Positions 37,532-50,165 of a DNA stretch of 64,000 nt are shown here, piece after piece. Position 1 is the first letter of the stretch. The number at the start of each line of letters is the position of its first letter. Position numbers and translations under genes: made by a program. The notes under the pieces are model-generated. The model ran no database searches. It was not told where the DNA came from and worked only from the letters and a program-made list of their open reading frames with translations. Source of the stretch: Takakia lepidozioides (taxonomy: Eukaryota; Plantae; Bryophyta); the NCBI GenBank assembly GCA_030704615.1, contig CM060734.1, positions 4,154,001 through 4,218,000 of the forward strand. Direction: 5' to 3'.

Positions 37532-40500
37532 ATGATAGTTACCAGAAGCAAAGCTAAACTAATACCTCCAATGGATGAGGAGGAAGATGTAAATGAAGAT
37601 GGCAGTGGTGTTCCTGAAGATGATGAGGCATGGAGAGATAAGAAGGAACTACACAAGGAAGTGGCTGATACCATAAGGGAAATGCAGAAGGATACTGATA
37701 TCCCTATGGCAGATTCTTCTGACTCTGAAAGAGAAGATGAAGAAGGTGAAGAGGAAGTGAAGCAAGAGGTTTCACAGGTGCAGGATAACGAAGGGGCTTT
37801 GGCGGAAGTAATATGCCAATCTAAAGCTGAGATTATAATTGGGCAGCTATTGGCTGTGGCACCCCATTGTGGACACAGGCTGTATCAAGCAATCAATCAT
37901 ATTGCTCATGTGACAGAGAACACAGACCACACAAACAGCAGGGTGACAAGTTGTAATGTGAAGCCTGAAGGGCGAGAAACAGTCATGGACTTTGATGATT
38001 CCATGCTAGTAATCCAATTGAGAATTGGAAGCATAGACTTGACTGATGTACTGATAGATGGAGGCTCAGGAGTGAATATTATGACAGACCAATTAAGGCA
38101 GAAGCTTGGTCTAAGTAACATGAAACCAGCCCCATTCACAGTAACAATGGTAGATCAAAGGAGTGTACAGCCATTAGGCTTGATAAGAGGAGTAAAGATA
38201 CAGATTCAGAAGATGATCTTTAAGATCACAGTGACTGTGTTGAAAATGGATGATGTCATGGAAGCTTACTCATTATTGCTGGGTCGACCATGGCTAAAAC
38301 AGACCAGGGTATTCCATGACTGGAATTCCCAATTACTGACTGTGCATGATGGGAAACACAAGATACAGATCATCACTAAGAAATCTGGTAGGCTACCTGC
38401 TACACGGAGACCTCGTGGAGTCAGAGAGTATGACTGGAGGGGAGGGCTTGATGAGGAGCAGGAAGCTACACTGTTTGCTGCACACCCAGAGTGGGAACAG
38501 GTTGCAGAAATGCAACTGGGAGGCCTGAGTTGCTTTAAAGGTATCTATTGTGGTACAGTAACAGCAACACCAATTGAGGGGGAAACAAGTAGTTACCCAC
38601 CATACTTCTATGAGGAAAGAGAGGGAGAAATAGAAATCCTAGAGGAACCAGCCACTATGAGTTTACAGGATGAAGTAGTGGTTGGATGGACAATCACAGC
38701 TGAAAAACAGGTGAGAGAAGTGAATGTGGGAACTGAGGAGGAACCAAGAATGGTGAAAGTTGGGGCTGACTTAGAGCCATAATTCTTTGAGGAAGCTAAG
38801 AGCCTGTTTATCAAATACAAAGATGTATTTGCTTGGAGCTATGAAGATATGAAAGGGATACCACCTGAGATCTGCCAGCATAAGATTGAACTGGAACCAG
38901 GGTCAGTACCAATCAAACAGGCAAGGTACAGGATGAATCCCAACTATGCACAGAAGGTTGGGGAGGAGATTAAGAAGTTGGCTGAGGCTAAGTTCATATA
39001 CCCGATAGAGTATACAACTTGGCTATCACCCATTGTGATAGTTCCCAAGAAGAATGGCAAACTGAGAGTTTGTGTGAACTATAAGAAGTTGACTGATAGT
39101 ACAAAGAAAGATCCCATTCCTTTGTCATTCACAGAAGTTGTACTGGACACTGTGGCAGGCCATGAAATGTACTCATTCATGGATGGTTTCAGTGGGTATA
39201 ACCAAGTACAAGTAGCTGAAGAGGATCAGGGAAAGACAGCTTTCATCATAGACTAGGGTGCTTATGCATACAAAGTCATGCCTTTTGGACTTTGTAATGC
39301 ACCAACAACTTTCCAGAGAGTGATAAGTGAATCTTTCCATGAGTATCTGGATGATTTCATGCAAGTGTTCTTAGATGACTTCAGTGTGTATAGCTCTAAG
39401 AATGAGCACATGCAGAAGTTGGAGTTATGTTTGGCTAGATGCAGGATGAGAGGTCTTGGTCTGAATCCAGAAAAGTGTACTTTCTGTGTGAACTCAGGGG
39501 TACTTCTGGGACACATTGTGTGTAAGAAGGGATTGCTTGTGGATCCTAGAAAGACTGAGGCCATTAAAGCAACCCCACCACTAGTAAATGTTAAGGCTCT
39601 AAGGAGATTCCTTGGACAAACCAGCTACTACAGAAGGTTTGTCAGGCGGTATGCACAGATGGCAGCACCATTGAGCAAGCTTTTGGAGAAGGATGCAGTA
39701 TTTGTATGGACAATTGAATGTCAACAGGCATTTGAGGCACTTACAATGTCAGTAACAACTACACCTATGTTGATTAACCCTCACTGGCATGTGGTATTTC
39801 ATGTACACTGTGATGCCTCAGGAGAAGCATTGGGGGCTGTGTTAGCCCAAAATGTCACATGAAACATAGATTCACCTGTGTACTATGCTAGCAGATTGTT
39901 GAACAGTGTTGAGAGGAACTATAGCACTATTGAAAATGAAGCTTTGGCAATGATTTATGCAGTCAAGAAATTCAGGCATTACCTATTGGGAAGGAAGTTT
40001 ATGTTTTATGTGGATCAACGGGCTTTGATTTATCTGGTGAACAATCCTTTGATAAGTGGCAGGATAGCAAGATGGTTGATTATCTTGCACGAGTTTGAAT
40101 TTGAAGTTGTTTACAAGCCTGGATGTTTGCATCTTGTGGCAGATCACTTATCACACCTTTCAGCAGGAGAACCTGCCACAGGAGTAGACGATCAACTACC
40201 TGATGCGAGTTTATTTGCAGTGGAAGTGCAGGGAAGTGCAGATGATTGGTTAGATTGGCAGTGACCAATCAGATATTACCTTACTCATGGTCAGTGCCCA
40301 CCCAATTACGGGAAGGAGCAGAGGAAAAGAATAGCTATCAAGGCATTACCATATACTATGATAGGTGGAAGATTGTATAAGCTAGGACCTGATGGAGTTC
40401 TTAAACGATGCTTGTACCACCATGAAGTAAATAAAGTTTTGGAAGAAGTTCATAAAGGAGTGGCTGGAGGTCATTTTGGAGAAAAGACTACCAGTAGGAA

Positions 40501-41470
40501 AATACTATTTGCAGGTTACTGGTGGCCTACTTTATTCAAGGATGTACACAAGTTTTGCAAGAATTGTGATGAGTGTCAGATGCTAGGACCTTTGCAAAGA
40601 TCTGGGAAGATGGCTTTGCATCCTACGATGCCTACTGACCCATTCCAGAAATGGGATTAGACTTCGTTGGATCAATTAATCCACCAGCCAGAAATACACA
40701 GAACAAGTATATAATCACAGCCACTGATTAAACCACAAAATGGGTGGAAGCTAAGGCTCTGAGGACAAACACAGCTAAGTCCACAGCAAGGTTCCTATAT
40801 GAGAACATTCTCACAAGATTTAGTTGTCCCCTGGAATTTATCAGTGATCAGGGAAGTCATTTCATTAATGAAACCATAGAACTATTGACTAAGGAGTTCA
40901 TGATTGTGCACAGGAAGAGTACAACCTATTACCCACAGGGCAATGGGCAGGCAGAGGCCACCAACAAAATACTATGCATTATCTTGGCTAAGATAGTCAA
41001 TGCAAATAGGACAGACTGAGACACAAAGTTGTTGACAACTTTGTGGTCATACAAGACTTCGTATAAAGTCACCACCAAGTATACACCATTCCAATTAGTT
41101 ATGGTTATGGAAGCTTTACTTCCAGTGGAATTCTTATTACCTACCATGAGAACTAAATGGGGAAAGAGAATGGAATTGGAGGATTCAATTAAAGTAAGGA
41201 AACATGAATTATATCATGTGGAAGAAGTACATGTTGATGCAGCAGATAACATGACCAGAATTCAGATGAAGAGGAAGGATCAGTTTGATGAAGGTAAATT
41301 GAAGGTGATTTGGTACTGTGGTTGCAGAAAGAAGGAAAGATTAAAGTTTCTAAGCTTAAATCACCATGGAAATGACCTTATGTCATACAGAAGATGTATG
41401 ATAACAACACAGCTATGTTACAAACCATTAACAAAGAGATGTTTGGTAGAGTCAATGCCAATAAGTTGAA
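37532..41470 (+). pseudogene. Ty3/Gypsy pol (protease, RT, RNase H, integrase) with premature stops
   Basis: LIDGGSGVN; MPFGLCNAP/VFLDD; HCDASG; VHKGVAGGHFG..CDECQ; ISDQGSHF; NGQAEATNK. Confidence 0.92.
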
Positions 41471-41982
41471 GAGATACAGTGGTATCCATGATAGACCATT
41501 GCAACATGATTTGCATCCACAGATGCAGTCACAGGCTACATCAGTAGCACCAGGGGAGCATGAAGCACTTGTCATAAAGCCGAATGTGAATGGTCACAGC
41601 AGAGAACACAGGTGTTCACACAGCCATCAACAAACACAGCATTACAGCATATCACAGCTTACCACAGCTTGTCACAGCCTGTCACAGCCCAACACAGACA
41701 ACCAACGACGCTACCGCGGGAGCCTGGCGCGTGAGCGTGTGAGCGTACGCTCACACAATGATGACGTGGCGTGAGCCTACGCTCACGCTGCTGACATGCG
41801 CTAATGCTGACGTGGCGTGAGCCTGGTCCAGGTCATGCACGTCACCACAAAGAAGGTGGGCCTATAACCGTGGAGCCCCCAACTGCTGATTTCACCACAT
41901 TGAAGTGAAACGGATGAAGGGTTTTGGGCTTCTGGAGTTCAACCTTTCTGTAACAGGAGCTTCATTTCGTAGAACTGAAATG

Positions 41983-42171
41983 AACCTCGTGTCGACACAA
42001 GGGGGATTTGGAGAACTTCAACAAAACCTCGTGTTAACACAGGTTGTTTTCCTGGAACAAAAATGAACTTCGTGTTGACACGATGTTGTTTTTTGAGAAC
42101 TAAAATCATCCTTGTGTCAACACAAGGAGGATTTGGAGAACTTCAAGTAAACCTCGTGTTGAGACGAGGTT
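41983..42171. repeat. Five ~42-bp-period units with palindromic core AACCTCGTGT-NN-ACACGAGGTT (degenerate)
   Basis: Cores start at about 41983, 42025, 42066, 42108 and 42150. Confidence 0.85.
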
Positions 42172-42364
42172 GATTTGATCATCTGTCTATCTGAAGGTAG
42201 TTTCTTCTGTTTGCTAATGAAAAGAGAATGACAAACCAATGCGACAAATGCATTGACCCACGCATAGCAAATATGTTAGACGTCATACATTGAGAGCCAC
42301 TGGACTGAACAGTCATTCCATTACAAGTTGTAGTCAAGGAAAAACACCGATTTTTATGGGCTTG

Positions 42365-45300
42365 TATCCCGCTGTAGAAGTGGTGTTGACTTCGTTGAAA
42401 CTCTAGTGGCTTGGTGAATGAGAAGTCGCGCTTTGGATCACAAACCATCCTTCTCAAGAAGACGAAGTAAAGGTGTTTTGCACGGTATGAACTTCCCTCT
42501 CTTTCCCAAACTACTTGAAAGCATACCAACAAAACTGGACATGTACAATTGGGAAAATTGGAAACAGTGATTTCGTACGTCCTGTCCTGCCAGGCAGATG
42601 CGGATGAGATCATGGTGAAGACCCGACCATACCCTGGATCAGGGCACTTCCATTGTTCCCGCAACACGAGCGTGAAGCATTCTGGCGGACTCAATTTTGC
42701 CGTAGTGTTCTGCGGTTGGAGGGAATCGTCGAACAAGCTTCCCGTTCCGTCTGGTTGGCCACAAGTGAGCGTCAGGCGGAGGTACCCGTGAACCGCTTCC
42801 ACTTGAAGCACCTTCACGTGCAATGGAATGTCTGGCTAGGGAGAAACCGCCGCTCTTCCAGCATTGCAATCTCTCGATGAGTGAGACCTGTGCCCATCTT
42901 CACAGGCCACACGGTTGGTGGAGTAGGCTTCCTTACCACGGAAGGCCTCACTGTCCCATGCACACATCTCCCACAATCGTCAGCGCAGAACCAAACTTGT
43001 GGTTCTTTGCCTCGCCTTGTCCGTAAGGGAGAAACAAACCCGTGAATGTAGGAGCTGCAGTGCGTTCTTTCCCTCTGGATATTAATGATGTACATTTTTC
43101 ATGATTGGTGGCCCTGATCGCCGCGCATTTCACACGCGATCCAGCACTTGTGCGTTCTATATGCCAAACATCGTCCAAGCCCTCAGACTCGATTATATGC
43201 GACACCACGTTCTGGTCTTCAACCATTGCAGTGACAGTGCTTGATGCAGGGGTCCGGTCTGGGGCAGAGTAGCCCTCACCTGTGGATGTTCCGCAATTCC
43301 ATCTCTGATCCAAGGGAACACGTGGCGTCGAGAAGTTGACCCTGTCCGCCCTATGGGAATCTGCATCCGATCCCGGAGGGGTGTCCAATTTCCGTTTGCA
43401 AGACCCGAATCTCTCTTCGCCTTCCAGATGGGGAACTCTTCCCACGAGAGGGGTGCCATCTGCACATATGCTCACTGCCCGCTATTTTGCTAGGATCCCC
43501 TGATCTTCCAGCTGCCCGCAACATCAACTCGCTCCTGTCCGGACCTTTGCCACCAAGGCCACCCTCAAGAATGACCTGTATCTGGTTTGCTGCTGTAGAG
43601 CACGAATAAGGTCATCGGCCGTCGCTGCATACAAATCTCTCCCTTTTTTGCCGGATTGTTGCAACCAGGCATTGTGCACTGTCTCCGCAAGATTGCAAGA
43701 AGGCATGTCCGCCATCTCCTCAATGGACATATGCTGCAAGGCAAAAAAACACAAGCCCATATTAGAGTTGGACCTGAAAGATATATTGGAAGCACCCAAA
43801 CAAACTTTTGAATGCAAACCACTCACCGTTGTCATGGCCGCTCCCCACTGTCGGTAACGGAAGTGCCAAAATGCGAACCAGTCTTGCAGTGCCCTCATGC
43901 TGTCCTCCGATGCCGCTCCAGATGAGTACCACCAGGCACGAATTGTCTGGAACAATGTATTCGCTTCCCCCATAGTTTTGGCGTCTTTGTACTGTTTGCA
44001 CAGTTGACGATGCATACTCTGCATATCTGGCTTGATGTACGTCTTTGTGTGTTTGTCGAGGGATTGTGTCCAATGGAAAAGACACGTACGTTCTCTTCCA
44101 GGCATTGGCACTTTTGGATCTCCCGACCCGAACACAATGCGGACAGCGTTGAAGTTAGCTTGAGCACTATCGGCCATGAAACCAACAAAATTGGGAGATG
44201 GGAGACCATTGGAGGCCATAACACGAATGAGAGCTTCCCACATGAGCTGCTGTGAATCTGTGTCCTCTGACTGCATGTCACACACTGCAATTGTCATGAC
44301 CCGCTGGTACACAGGGTCGTAAACATGACATGCCATTGTGGTCCAGTCTTTAACTCTCTTGACATGATCGAACATAAGGAAGCAGTTGCCAAGATCGCCA
44401 CCCTTCTGCATACGTTTAACCAGGCTGACCCCGCTGCCCTCACCTTTTGTGGACATTTTGAACAAGAACACTTTCCTGGCTCCTTGTCCCGGGAAAACGC
44501 TGTCTTGGATGTAGTCGTACATGCTCCTTTTCTTCAAATCCATAATATTGTCCATATAACCTCGGCTCCCAGAGCCCATTCTTAAAGCGTTCACCTGATT
44601 CCTAATGTTTGGAGAATCAAAGCAGAGAAATGGTCCATAACAGTGTCCAAAGCTGGTCCTTCCAGCATTCCTCCAACCGAATTTGATGCACACAGAATAC
44701 GGCTTTCCAGAAAGGACTTGCTCGCCCCCATGGCAATTGCAGATGTGGTGCCAGTTGGATTGGTATCCAACTCTTGCCTTATCAGACGAGAGACTGTGTC
44801 AACGCTCTCCCTATAATCCCCCTTGGACACAGGGTGGTTGTGAAAAACCGAAATGGACACAGGCTCTAGTCAGGTTTTGAATCGATGCACCACATAATAC
44901 ATTCTGGCGCCACACAAAGCAAGGCAGCAAGGTGGTACCCTACAGAACTTGCACACAAAAGTGTTACTGTATGGTGGTGTTACCCCAGGCTTGAATGGAT
45001 TCTCACTGACTCCATCCCATTCGCTTTGGTTTTGCACACCTGACAATGCGAAGTGTCTGCATTTCATGTTCTCGCATTTCAGGTGCCCATTACAGACTGT
45101 TCGCCTGAATATGAGGTTGTCGTTGTTGTGAATATTGGATGTTTTTTGCGGGCACCAAGGGTGCCCATCGTGCTTTTTGTCCATTCCTTCCAGGAGACTG
45201 GAAATCCCCCCACGCGACCAGGAGGAGGCAGCTCAAAACAGTATTACCATCAAACGATTCCGGCAAGAATGCCACCCTTTCAATATTGAAAGTGCTCCAG

Positions 45301-45845
45301 TCTATCCCCCTCAACTCACTCTTGAATCCTGCCATCCCACCCATGCTTTCAATTTAGGAATGACACTGGAGATCTCCTCCACATCTGGTTCTACATGTGG
45401 ACATGGCTGATCCACAGGCGGAATTGCACATGTGTCATCGGAGGATGAGTCCGAAAGGTCAACTACAGTGTTAACGGCAGTCGCCTCCTTCTTCACAACC
45501 TGGTGTCTTCTCCTGGGCCACTGATGCTGCCGTGCCAGGAGTTACGAACGATCCTGCAGACTGTCTCAGAGGAGCACTGAGCACCCTGTATCTGCCTGGA
45601 GGCACTCTCCATTGCGTGGTTGGTGCAGTTTGCGATGGTTTCTGGAACGCGTACTTGAGCAGTTTTCCATTGGCATCGTACACTTCCCTCTGAAGGAATA
45701 GACTACCATTTTCCAACCGAAACTGCGTTGCGAGGACGAGTTCATGAACCACCGCAAAACCATCATCTTCCTCGTAAGAAAATGGAACAGGGTGGTCGTC
45801 ACTGAAGAAGTCCGCGTCAAGGGAGCCCACAGCCTGGGAAGCCAT
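42365..45845 (-). pseudogene. MULE transposase with GCM-like N-terminal Zn domain, DDE core and SWIM finger (frameshifted; intron about 43735-43826)
   Basis: W...TSN...RRTVCNGHLKCEN.KC...CKFC...C.A.MY...HNHP (GCM-like); MFDH, FMADS, CLFH, NLAETVHN (MULE D-D-CxxH-E); PNCTC...KHLYFVF (SWIM). Confidence 0.85.
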
Positions 45846-47023
45846 ATGTCGATGTTGCTTCAGAAAGTACAGTTCAAGTCCGATGGTGCTTCTGAATGCA
45901 GGTTGTGTGAGAGTGGAGTTTTGGCGTCCTCATACACAATTGTTTCTCTCAGAATTGCCCCACCAGTGCAATTAGCTGACAGATTCACTGACAGAGCCGC
46001 CAATGTCGTTGTCATGTCAGGAGAGGCAGAAGAGATGCCATTTTCGCATTAAATTTTGACGGCGACTGCACATGAATATAATTCTCATTCCTCTGGAACA
46101 TTCCACCCTAAATTACCCAACAATGAATTTTTTCAGATGAGAGTCGATTACACCCCTAACGATTTTTGGATGGATGATGTTTGAATGATATCTGCCGTTA
46201 TACATAGGGTTAGACCCCAACGAATTTTGTAAGGATGATGATTCATTGATCTCCGCCGTTAAACATAGGGGTAGAGATACCCCGATTACATTTTTGGAAG
46301 GATGATGTTTCAATAATTCCGGCCGTTTTACATAACGACTACATAGACACGTGTTCGCCATGCATGTGGATTGAGTCGGTGGCGCACTGAACGGTCCGAG
46401 CGAACATCTTGGCGTTGAAGGCCCCGCGATGAACCTCAGATAGTGTTCGTTTTTCCTGAGTAACTCATTTTCTTTGCAACCCTGGATTCCGCAGAGACGG
46501 TGTCCCTACTTCGAGGGAGAAGCAGGCGTCGAAGAACACTGTATTTCACGTCAAACAAGGAAAGGGCACGCGCTAAGGAGAGGATGAGAAAGGCGAGACG
46601 GGAGCTTAGAATGGGAGAAGAAACCCCGCGAGATGAGGAAGAGGAAGGGCAAAAGAGGATACGGCAACCGCAGTGTGGAGAGGAAGGTCTTGAAGTGATC
46701 CAGGAGGCGACAGACGAGCAACCTGCAATCGAAGGAGGGGATGAGGAGGAAGTAAGCTGGGCTCGGGAGGAAGCAGTGAGTGTACAGAACCTGGCCTTCA
46801 AAGACCAGGGAGAACAAACGGACGTAGGAACGCGCCGTCTGCCCCTGTTTCGCACCATCGCGACCTCCTTGGAAGCATGCTACCTGACCGCATGGAAAAA
46901 TTGAACGCGACAGGAGCATCATCAAGTGCAAAGCAGAAACCCCAGGTAGCTACGAACTTTCTTTTTCTCTCTCTGTTTCTGTCTTTTTCTCTCTCTGTTT
47001 CATGCTAAGCATTGAGGACGACA

Positions 47024-47651
47024 TCAACTTGCGTCAACGCAAGGTTGAAGTCGACCTCCAAAGTGTATTTGCTGGGCTCAAATCAGTGCAGAACTGCACC
47101 ACAATCTGTACTGTTTCATGCTAAGCATTGAGGTGGACATCAACCTTGCGTCAACGCAAGGTTGAAGTCGACCTCAATGCTTTTTTGCTGGGCTTTAAAC
47201 AGTGTAGAAACTGCACTACAATCAAGGTAGAGAGACATGGATGCTTCCGACGCATCATGGATTTCAAAGACGAAGCAGAGACAGGAGTCTCCATTTACTG
47301 TACATTTTTGCTTTGCTGAACCCCGATAAGACAGCTCGCAATCAACCTTGCGTCAACGCAAGGTTGATCCCAACCTGCATATTGTATGTTTAGAGCTTGT
47401 AGTGAAACCAACAGGCTGCACAGGAATCAACTTGCGTTGACGCAAGGCTGGTTTTCATGATAGCTTTGCACAATGGATGCGTCCGATATCCCACTCTCCT
47501 CACTGTAAGGTAGGGAAAGTTCATTCTTCGAGGCTCCCAAAAGAACCCTGCGTCAACGCAAAACATAATTTGGGTCCAAACGTCTTTCCTGTATGCCTTT
47601 CAGTCTAAGTTACTTCCCCATCAATCAACCTTGCGTCAAAGCAAGGTTGAT
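47024..47651. repeat. Intronic array of six 26-bp palindromes TCAACCTTGCGT-CA-ACGCAAGGTTGA
   Basis: Copies start near 47024, 47140, 47342, 47427, 47544 and 47625. Confidence 0.92.
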
Positions 47652-49552
47652 GCATGGGAGCTCAATCTCACACTCACAGATTATTAATTCTGTGCAGAGG
47701 AAAAGAAAAAGGAAAGCCGAGGGGGAAGATTTGGCCGCTTCAGAAGGTGAAGGTGATGAAGAGTCACTGGAGGGACACTATGAAGACAAGGCCGAGGAGA
47801 TAATGGGTGGGCAAAAAGTGAACTCGTCGAAGGTGATTCTGTCGATGGAGGTTCCCGGCGGAAACCCTGGTCATTCCGCTTTGCAGGATGATCTCCATGC
47901 CCGCTGTTCGACCGGCATTGAGAATGATATAACAAAGTTGAAGAACGACTTTGTTCACGGCTATGTGAAGGGATCAGCAGTGTTCTACGTATCCACTATG
48001 AACACAAAAGGAGAGGAGTGTCTTGTAACAGAGGACATTGAGCAAAGTTGGGATGAATGCTGGCGGGATGTGAACAGGGAGTTCGAGTTCAAGCTGTCGA
48101 AGAAGACCTCCACAAAAGCATTCATGGGGAAGATGTTTTTTGTCTGGGATGGGAACCACAGACTGCTTGCCTGGATGGATTACATTTCAAGCATGCACTC
48201 TGACGACATCGAATGGCACTGGAGCGTGGTTTCCATGGTTCTGGATCACAAAGGGCATGTCACGCAGCTCTTGACAGCCATGCACGACATAAATAAGTAA
48301 GTCTCCATCTTTGTGTCTGTTCCTCGTTTCGACAATTAGAAATCATCTTATGAGTTGACGGTTTTTCCAGGTCCAACGAAACATCTCATGTGACCACCAA
48401 TCTGTGCCACACTCTATTCCGCATCCAGAAGGTAGGGCTGATGCCACTGGAGTCATTCACGTGAGTCCACAGCAGATGAAGAGGTGTGCTGAGAAGAAGA
48501 CAAGCACATGGTATAGCTTGACAAGGAGGCTTTCCTTGACTACATGTACACTGTAAGCTTCTTGACACTGCTTGCTTTTTGACACTGCAAGCTTCTTGAC
48601 ACTACCTGTTGTTACTATTTTCTCACAAGTAATGACAGTGTTTCATTCTTTTTACCTGCAATGTATGCAGCAAGAAATAGCAGAAACTGGCTTGAAGGCG
48701 AAAGCTGAGTACTATGATTCCCACACTGAAGAGCAGCGGTCTGCATCTGGGCTTGAGGACACGATGAAGTTCGAGATGAATAATCAAAGGAAGAACTCAT
48801 GAGTGCATTCGACAAACAAATCAGGATAGCAGATCCAGGGCTTGGCACAGAATTTCTGGAGCAGGTGAAAGTGCACTATGACAAGTTTGGCTCCAAGCCA
48901 GAAATGACTCAGGAGAAACTACATCGCCTTTCCATTTCAATGGTGGACAATGCAACGAAAATCAGGTGGTTGGAGATATGGAACTCGGATCCTCTTGTGA
49001 GAGACACGAATATGTTTCCAACTCCAGAGAGAGACCCGAAGACACAAGCAATAAAAGTTGTAAGCGACCAGACATTCGACCAGTGGCTACACAAAGCCAC
49101 ATTTTGGAGCCAGGTAAGGATACCACCAAACCATTTTCAGACATGTGTGTTGCTCCGTAATTCCGCTCCCAACCTCTCCAAATTCTTACAAGCTTTCTTG
49201 TTGCAGTTAGAAAAACGTGCAGTGGCTGCACTTGCTGAGTCGATGGCAGACTACAAAATCCAGATGGCTTGCCCCCGGATCACACTGGAGGCCTATATCA
49301 GGAGGTGGAAGCTCGCTGTCTGGAACAATTGCTTCTTCAGGGAGTTTGAAAAAGACAAAGGAATCTCCAGATCGTACGAGTTCAAAAAGCTGAACAGCGA
49401 GCAAGCAATGAAACGAGTGTTGTACAGGTGTGATCTCCTTACTCAATTGTGGTACTTGAAGGGCATGCATCTGCAATCTTCTGTCATACTTTCAGATTTG
49501 CGAATTTGCGTGGCTTTGAGGGATCTCTGGGGGCTCTGAATGTGCTGTCCAG

Positions 49553-50165
49553 CAACATTGCGTTGACGCATGGTCCTGGTTTCACTTACCTATATCTGGG
49601 TATCCCATACTGCGTTTTATTGCATGTGAATGGGGGTGAATGGACAGGAAAATCAGCCTTGCGTCAACGCAATGTTGATGAGACGCAGACTATGTACCTT
49701 TTCCTCTGGTTTGGGGCAGTTCAAATCCAGATCCAATTCTTTCAACTTGAACATAACAATGTTTGGAGTCTATTTCAAATGCTATTTTCAGCTTTCACTA
49801 TGCCAACAAACAGACTTGCGTTGACGCAAGGTTGTTTGGCGGTATGGATTGATGGAAATGTCCCTGTGCATCCCCCAACTTCCATGCAATTGTAGGAGAC
49901 TTTCGATTATCAGATATATTATCAATGTTTGTTTCAACAGAGGAATTCAACATTGCGCCAACGCAATGTTGAATATCCATAGCAGTACATAGTCAGATGG
50001 TGGTTTTCAGGCATTGTTCCCCATTTCATCTGTGTGTGAAAACAACATTGCGTTGACGCAATGTTGTATTGCACTTGTCAGTCGTTGTCTCTATCAATAC
50101 AACGTAACCACTAGGTGTTTCCCATTTCTGCTCGAATCAACATTGCGTCAACGCAAGGTTGATTC
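49553..50165. repeat. Second intronic array of six copies of the same palindrome
   Basis: Copies start near 49553, 49653, 49812, 49947, 50043 and 50137 (TCAAC[CA]TTGCGT-YR-ACGCAA[GT]GTTGA). Confidence 0.92.

Noticed and set aside
47024-50165. Palindromic repeats with unique spacers read as a CRISPR array
   Set aside because: Spacers are irregular (about 55-180 bp), the repeats lie in spliceosomal introns of a eukaryotic transposon, and no cas genes are present.
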